DNA of 32,000 nucleotides from Acaryochloris marina MBIC11017. Its GTDB lineage: Bacteria > Cyanobacteriota > Cyanobacteriia > Thermosynechococcales > Thermosynechococcaceae. The stretch spans positions 4,890,001 through 4,922,000 of the forward strand of contig NC_009925.1 of the NCBI RefSeq assembly GCF_000018105.1, given 5' to 3'. Positions 26,893-32,000 of this stretch are shown here, one piece after another; positions within the stretch are counted from its first letter, which is position 1, and every line of letters begins with the position of its first letter. Made by a program: the position numbers and the translations under genes. The notes under the pieces were generated by a model. That model was not told the DNA's origin and did no database searches. It saw only the letters and a program-made list of their open reading frames with translations.

Positions 26893-28383
26893 TTAAGTTT
26901 CCAGCTCAGAAACACCAGCCCAAACGGCTAAAGGTTTGCCAACCTTTTTGAATAATAAGCACTCTAAGATAATGCCATTATTATTAGCTGTCAATACGGC
27001 ATTTGGCTCATCTAAGGTCTCATAAAAACCACTGTACCAACCTTTTTTAGAACCGACTTTTTCTTGCACAAAAGAAAACAGCTTTTTGGTGTAATCCGTG
27101 TTGTAAAGAACATGCCAACCAATCGCCGCTTTCGTACTAACAAAGCGAAGATGATTGTAGTTTTCTCCGGTGTCACTAATGGTTGCCCAGGGTTTACCGT
27201 TTACATACAAGGTGTTGTAAACAAAATAGGGTTCCCGATCTAAATTATCTTCCGTGATAGCGGTCAATTGCTTCGTCGCTTTATAACGAGCTTCTTGAGC
27301 CGCTAACATCCGATCGGCATAGGCCTTAGGCAGGGCTTTAAAGCCTGTCTCAATGCCATCCAAGAAGAATGGCTCACTTAATACGTAATTATTCGCTTCC
27401 GAATTTTCGCGATCGCGCACATCAAATGGAATGCTGTGGCCATAGAGTTCAACGAAGGCCGATTTGTTGTCATAATCTAAAGCCTTATCAACATTGAGTC
27501 CCCAGAGTTTCAATCCATAGGCTGCATAATCTTCGTACCCTAAGCGTCCTTCCTGGTTGTATTGCTCTTGACCATCCTTGATACTGGTGCCGAACATTTG
27601 GCCATCTTTCGTCAACCGCTTGACATCCCAGGCTTTCCACACTGCCGTAGTTTGGGGTTCAAACTCGGGATATTTAGCAGCAATAATTTTTAACCATAGG
27701 GCAATTCGTCCCAGGTCAATTGCTGACCAGCCAATCTCTTCCCGTTTGTCTAGAGAACCATAATTTACCGGCATAAGGTTTTGGGAATTGTAGACCTTAT
27801 TGGGAAGCTCTCCCTTATACAATTCCAGTTTGGCAAGAGTGGTCAACATCTTGCTCATGGTTGCTTTGAATTCCTTTTCTGAAATCAAGTCCAATTCTTT
27901 GGCACTGACCACAGCCGCCATTGCTGCGCTTTGATCCCAAAGGGTCACCGATTGAAATTGATCAACCGAATTAGCCAACCCTGTGTCTGGATTAATATTG
28001 GTCTCAAAATAGCTCCAAGCCTTCTTGGCGACCTTTAGCTCGGCAGGGGACAGTTTACCGACATGTGCTGGGATATAAGGTGTGGTTGTTTTTGCAATTT
28101 CTTGTTTGCTCACCCGATCACCTGGAAATTTAATTGAGCGGGAATCAGGTTTTTCATTCTTGGCCTTGGGTTTCGCCTTGGCGGTGTCAGAGGTCTTTGA
28201 ACTAGGAGCGGTAGCAGTGGTCGTAGGGCCAGACTCTTGAGTCGATTCTTTTTGGGAAAGATTGCCCGATAACATTTCTAAACCTGCGATCGCAGCGACG
28301 GCTGTCACTACCCCCCCTAAATAGGTGAGAAAAGCAAGTTTTTTAGGTGGCATTTCGAAATTAGAATTCATGACTGCTCCCAC
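26893..28383 (-). CDS. membrane-anchored protein with a single copy of the same ~390-aa (DUF3131-like) domain
   Basis: 496 aa with one N-terminal TM (LAFLTYLGGVVTAVAAIAGL) and a Ser/Thr/Lys-rich spacer. The domain then shares AW.YF, TLWD, LPNKVY, EIGWSAIDLGR, EGRLGYEDYAAYG.KLWG, LTAITEDN, STKAA and WYSGFYE with the neighbouring gene. The likely start is M5 (28371). Confidence 0.85.
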   Translation of the reverse strand: MGAVMNSNFEMPPKKLAFLTYLGGVVTAVAAIAGLEMLSGNLSQKESTQESGPTTTATAPSSKTSDTAKAKPKAKNEKPDSRSIKFPGDRVSKQEIAKTTTPYIPAHVGKLSPAELKVAKKAWSYFETNINPDTGLANSVDQFQSVTLWDQSAAMAAVVSAKELDLISEKEFKATMSKMLTTLAKLELYKGELPNKVYNSQNLMPVNYGSLDKREEIGWSAIDLGRIALWLKIIAAKYPEFEPQTTAVWKAWDVKRLTKDGQMFGTSIKDGQEQYNQEGRLGYEDYAAYGLKLWGLNVDKALDYDNKSAFVELYGHSIPFDVRDRENSEANNYVLSEPFFLDGIETGFKALPKAYADRMLAAQEARYKATKQLTAITEDNLDREPYFVYNTLYVNGKPWATISDTGENYNHLRFVSTKAAIGWHVLYNTDYTKKLFSFVQEKVGSKKGWYSGFYETLDEPNAVLTANNNGIILECLLFKKVGKPLAVWAGVSELET

Positions 28384-28584
28384 TTGGAATAATGACTGAA
28401 ATAGTCAGTGATTAGACAATATTGATTGGTGAATAGGACAACTGACTAGAGAAAGTTTTCTTAATTCTTGAAAATCAGAAAAAAATATCAATAATAATCG
28501 ATTAAAATGAACTTTCTTCCGTTAAAAGAGGCTTGTCTGCTCTAGAATTCCCAACTTTACAATAGGTTTAACACTCTTAAAAAA

Positions 28585-30591
28585 TTAAAAATCGATTCTC
28601 AACTGCCCAGAAAAGATATGGCTATTACTGGCCCCAGATCCACTTGAAATGATGTTGGTGAGAACATAACCAAAATCAAGCTCTACATTATCGGCCAAAG
28701 ACGCTGTACATTTCGCTTGTAATCCTCGACCGGTACTTTTGCCCCCATTCACGACTTGGTTGCCAATAGAGGCAGCAAATTGGCAGGTTAAGGGGTCAAA
28801 AATTTTGCCTTTCCAACCCACTTCAGCGTTGTAGAGTAAAAAACTGAGGGGAGAAAAATAGCCACTCTCTGATTCTAGATCTTCCGCAAAGTTCCAGGTG
28901 AATACGTTTGCAGCGACAGAAAAAGGTCCGATTTTTCGTTCTAATCGGCTGAAAGACTGGATTTCTTGGTTGCCATCATTGAAAAATCCAGCTTGGAACA
29001 GCCCAAAGAAGGTGGTTTTACTATCAATTTGCCAAAATACGCTTGGACGAATCCGCCAATAGCTAATTTCATTCTCTAAAGTCGTGGTGTTGAATTTATA
29101 AGGACCATGCTCGACTTCTCCAGAAACCAAGACTTGTCCAAAAAGGGATGTTTTCGCTCCCACCTTAAATGTAGGCTGAGGATCTAAACGATTAAATACT
29201 TCAGCACCCGCCGCTACATTGATGGAAACCTCTCCAACTTCAGTCTCCCATCCTAAAATCAGCGGAATATTTTTGACGGGTTCTTGCCCTTCCTGGCTAT
29301 AGGTGTTGACCCCTGTTGTAAAGGTGACAACATCTCCATTCCGAACTCGAAAAGTTATAATTTCTTCGATTTTTAAGTTTTCTTTGCCAAACTCATCGAA
29401 ATCTAGCTTGAAGTCAGTTGTCGAACTCTCTAAGACAATAAAAGACACCTGTGGATCATCAGCGGCTCCAATCGGGGTTAATTCAGTAGGGAACCGATCT
29501 GGAGGTGTTTTTTGAGGCGGTTGAAGAGGGAGGTCTGGAGGTACCGTAGGCGATTGAGCGGTCGTTTGTGCAGGAACCTTAGGTGTGCCTTGCACTAGCA
29601 CAGGCTGAGAGGTAGGTGAAATATTTTGCTGCCGGGCGGGTGAAGGTAGAGATCGAAAACGAGGGGTAGATGAAGGGGGCGAGCTGTCCCGAAAAGCTTC
29701 TGGAACAGTCGGTTGGGACCTTTGTTGCCGCGTTGGGGGCAGACCTGATGGACGGACAGCAGGGCTAGAATGAGGTGCTTGATGAGCAGGCGTTGTCGCA
29801 CCCCCTGTCGCAGAATCCTTGGGAGAAGTAGCAGAGGGTATGTTTCGAGGAACGGGACCTGAAGGACGGACCGTTGGACTATGGATAGGGGCACTATCAA
29901 CGGGAGTTACCGCCCCTCCCTCAAAAGAACCTGGGAGTGAGGGATGCTTTGGGAGATCTGTTGGTCGCGGAGCTGGACCTGAAGGTCGGGCCGCCGGACT
30001 ATGGGCTGGTGTTGCTGCACCGCCTTGAAAATCATCGGGTGAGGAGCGAAGAGGAATATGGGTTGGCCGAAGAGCTGGACCTGAAGGACGAGCTGCTGGA
30101 CTATTGGTAGGAGGTCTAGGGGTTTCCGCACCTCCGTGAAAATTATCTGATGGGGGCAGTGGTGAGGCTATTGGCCGAGGAGCTGGACCTGAAGGACGGG
30201 CCGCTGGACTAATAATTAGTAAGGGTGAATTAGGTGGAACTGGGGACGGAGAATATGGCTGAGAATTCTCCACTAGCGGAACTCCATCCGCCTCTGCTGG
30301 AATATTCACATCAGTTGGAAATGAAGCTCCGCCTTGGGGGCCTGCTCCAGATGGGCTGGTCGGGGTAATGGCTGGTGAGGAGGGGAAAGGTTGGGGAGAA
30401 GCCTGGGGACGTGCAGGCTTTTTCTGAGAACGGTCAGGTTGAACAATAGGCTGGAGCAAGCCGGGATTCAACTCATAGGGGCCTGCAACTAACATCGGCT
30501 GTTGAATCACAGGCGAGGATAACTCCTGAGCCTTTGGAGTATTGAGGTCAGTTTGACAGCCTAAGCATAGCGTTGCCAACACGGAAAACAT
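28585..30591 (-). CDS. putative outer-membrane lipoprotein: Pro-rich repeat stalk plus C-terminal beta-barrel (BcsC-C-terminal-like porin, tentative)
   Basis: 668 aa. The N-terminus MFSVLATLCLGC has a lipobox-like LGC. Residues ~25-375 are Pro/Ser/Ala-rich with five 34-40-aa repeats (SPAARPSGPAPRP...GGA.TP). Residues ~380-668 show an alternating beta-strand pattern, a GYFSP motif I associate with BcsC-type barrels, and the terminal ..FSGQLRIDF (C-terminal Phe). Confidence 0.75.
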   Translation of the reverse strand: MFSVLATLCLGCQTDLNTPKAQELSSPVIQQPMLVAGPYELNPGLLQPIVQPDRSQKKPARPQASPQPFPSSPAITPTSPSGAGPQGGASFPTDVNIPAEADGVPLVENSQPYSPSPVPPNSPLLIISPAARPSGPAPRPIASPLPPSDNFHGGAETPRPPTNSPAARPSGPALRPTHIPLRSSPDDFQGGAATPAHSPAARPSGPAPRPTDLPKHPSLPGSFEGGAVTPVDSAPIHSPTVRPSGPVPRNIPSATSPKDSATGGATTPAHQAPHSSPAVRPSGLPPTRQQRSQPTVPEAFRDSSPPSSTPRFRSLPSPARQQNISPTSQPVLVQGTPKVPAQTTAQSPTVPPDLPLQPPQKTPPDRFPTELTPIGAADDPQVSFIVLESSTTDFKLDFDEFGKENLKIEEIITFRVRNGDVVTFTTGVNTYSQEGQEPVKNIPLILGWETEVGEVSINVAAGAEVFNRLDPQPTFKVGAKTSLFGQVLVSGEVEHGPYKFNTTTLENEISYWRIRPSVFWQIDSKTTFFGLFQAGFFNDGNQEIQSFSRLERKIGPFSVAANVFTWNFAEDLESESGYFSPLSFLLYNAEVGWKGKIFDPLTCQFAASIGNQVVNGGKSTGRGLQAKCTASLADNVELDFGYVLTNIISSGSGASNSHIFSGQLRIDF
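29740..30220 (-). repeat. in-frame tandem repeats (102-120 nt units) coding the Pro-rich stalk
   Basis: The core GGACCTGAAGG(A/T)CG.. occurs at 29855, 29975, 30077 and 30185, with spacings of 120, 102 and 108 nt. A fifth degenerate unit lies near 29740. Confidence 0.85.
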
Positions 30592-30708
30592 GAGAGATGA
30601 TCTACCACAGAACAGGTCATAAGGGGAATTCAGCTAAAAAATCGACATTTTCTGAGAAAAATCAATCTGCCCCAGCTTAGAGTGCCCTGTAAGTTGTGGA
30701 CTAACGCA

Positions 30709-32000
30709 TCATTTTTCTGTCTGTTTAGAGGAAATAGGTCGCCATCCAGGTAATACACTTTGCCGTTGACGCGCCACGACTAGGACATCATCATCGACAT
30801 TCTTAGTAATTGTGGAGCCTGCCGCCACGGTAACATTTGCCCCTAAGGTAATCGGAGCCACTAAGACGCTGTTTGCACCTGTTTTGGTGCGATCGCCAAT
30901 CTGAGTTGGATGTTTATTCACCCCGTCATAATTGGCAGTAATGGTTCCTGCACCAATATTGACCTGGGTTCCTAAAGTGGCATCCCCTAGATAAGACAGA
31001 TGGGCGACGTTGGTGCGATCTCCAATGGTCGTTTTTTTCATTTCAACGAAATTACCGACCCGGCATTTCTCACCAATCTGCACATTCCCTCGTAGATGCG
31101 TATAAGGCCCTATCCGGGAGTTGTCGCCCACTCGGCTGTCCGAGATAACAGAATAAAGAACCTGCACATTGGTGCCAATATGGCTATTCTCAATCAAACT
31201 CCCAGGACCGATACGGCTACCGGTATCAATTTTGGTATCGCCCCGTAGGTGGGTTTGAGGCTCGATAATGACATCGGTCCCCAATTCAACGGTTTCATCT
31301 ATGGTAATGCTGTCTGGATCCATAATTGTCACGCCAGCAACCAGCCAATCATCCTTAATCCGATCTTGCAAAATCTTGTAGGCGGTGGCTAATTGTTTGC
31401 GATCGTTAATGCCTAGAATTTCTTGATAATCATCGACATCCAGAACCATAACTGGGTCTAAGTAGTTAACTGCATCGGTCAGATAATATTCTTTTTGATC
31501 ATTTTCAGCTTTCAGGTTTGGTAATACTTTGGCTAAAGCCGACCAGCGAAAACAATAGACCCCTGCATTGATGCGTTGATTTTGACGTTGGGCAGGGGTA
31601 CAGTCTCGATCTTCAATAATTTCTTGCAAATGCATTTGAGCATCGCAAAAGACCCGACCATAACCTTTGGGATTGGGCAATTGGGCTGTCAAAATGGTCG
31701 CTGCATTCTGATGCTCTTGATGGGTTGCCAACATTTTTTGCAACGTCCCAGGTCGGAGTAAGGGGACATCGCCATTGAGGACGAGCAAGTCTCCTTCAAA
31801 GCCTTCCATCACAGGCAGTACTTGCTGGACGGCGTGGCCTGTGCCCAATTGCTCCGTTTGTTCCACAAATTCTAAGTTCGGCCAGCCTTGCATTTCTGTC
31901 CGCACTTGATCAGCGGAATAGCCCACAATCACAATCTGACGGGATGGAGAAAGGTTTTGGGTGCTGCTTAATACTCGCTCAATCAGGCTCTTACCCCCTA
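30709..32000 (-). CDS. glmU: bifunctional UDP-N-acetylglucosamine pyrophosphorylase / glucosamine-1-phosphate N-acetyltransferase, 5' end beyond the window
   Basis: The frame stays open to the window edge; my translation upstream of the track start reads ..[32 protein letters not shown]. The nucleotidyltransferase half and the C-terminal left-handed beta-helix hexapeptide repeats are present ([35 protein letters not shown]). Confidence 0.9.
   Translation of the reverse strand, partial: GGKSLIERVLSSTQNLSPSRQIVIVGYSADQVRTEMQGWPNLEFVEQTEQLGTGHAVQQVLPVMEGFEGDLLVLNGDVPLLRPGTLQKMLATHQEHQNAATILTAQLPNPKGYGRVFCDAQMHLQEIIEDRDCTPAQRQNQRINAGVYCFRWSALAKVLPNLKAENDQKEYYLTDAVNYLDPVMVLDVDDYQEILGINDRKQLATAYKILQDRIKDDWLVAGVTIMDPDSITIDETVELGTDVIIEPQTHLRGDTKIDTGSRIGPGSLIENSHIGTNVQVLYSVISDSRVGDNSRIGPYTHLRGNVQIGEKCRVGNFVEMKKTTIGDRTNVAHLSYLGDATLGTQVNIGAGTITANYDGVNKHPTQIGDRTKTGANSVLVAPITLGANVTVAAGSTITKNVDDDVLVVARQRQSVLPGWRPISSKQTEK

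Noticed and set aside
28393-28407. Small palindrome TGACTgaaatAGTCA just upstream of the 496-aa gene start
   Set aside because: Each arm is only 5 bp, so it is expected by chance. I keep it in mind only as a possible operator or 5'-UTR hairpin if it proves conserved.

Overview
This looks like a cyanobacterial chromosomal segment. The HIP1 octamer GCGATCGC occurs at 13 or more sites, and the gene content includes a ChlH-type Mg-chelatase, a Ctp protease, crtE and a DUF3148-like ORF. Positions 1-14.9 kb are mostly housekeeping: a DHFR-like reductase, an S41 C-terminal processing protease, a nonsense-interrupted GT4 glycosyltransferase, a murE C-terminal relic, chlH/bchH-type chelatase subunit H, a divergent PAP2 protein, crtE, folD, a small conserved ORF, a catalytic plus non-catalytic M16 peptidase pair, and thrB. 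Positions 14.9-30.6 kb are an envelope and polysaccharide accessory region. It holds a Wzc/GumC-type co-polymerase-kinase with no C-terminal Tyr cluster, then an AT-rich island carrying an intact-looking IS630-family element. It then holds a five-ORF minus-strand operon (30591->19526), which I consider the most interesting content. That operon encodes a lipobox protein with Pro-rich repeats and a C-terminal beta-barrel. It also encodes a membrane-anchored protein with one copy of a ~390-aa domain, and a 1550-aa secreted protein with three copies of the same domain joined by (Pro-Ala)n linkers. The last two ORFs are a 63-aa ORF and a processive GT2 (cellulose-synthase-like) synthase with a ~250-aa coiled-coil/GHKL-ATPase (RsbW/SpoIIAB-like) insert in its catalytic loop. 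BcsB, a TPR scaffold, PilZ and a membrane-fusion partner are all absent. The architecture therefore looks like an undescribed variant of a synthase-dependent exopolysaccharide secretion system. The window ends inside glmU. No rRNA, tRNA or CRISPR array was seen. All family assignments come from reading motifs by eye and need profile searches to confirm.
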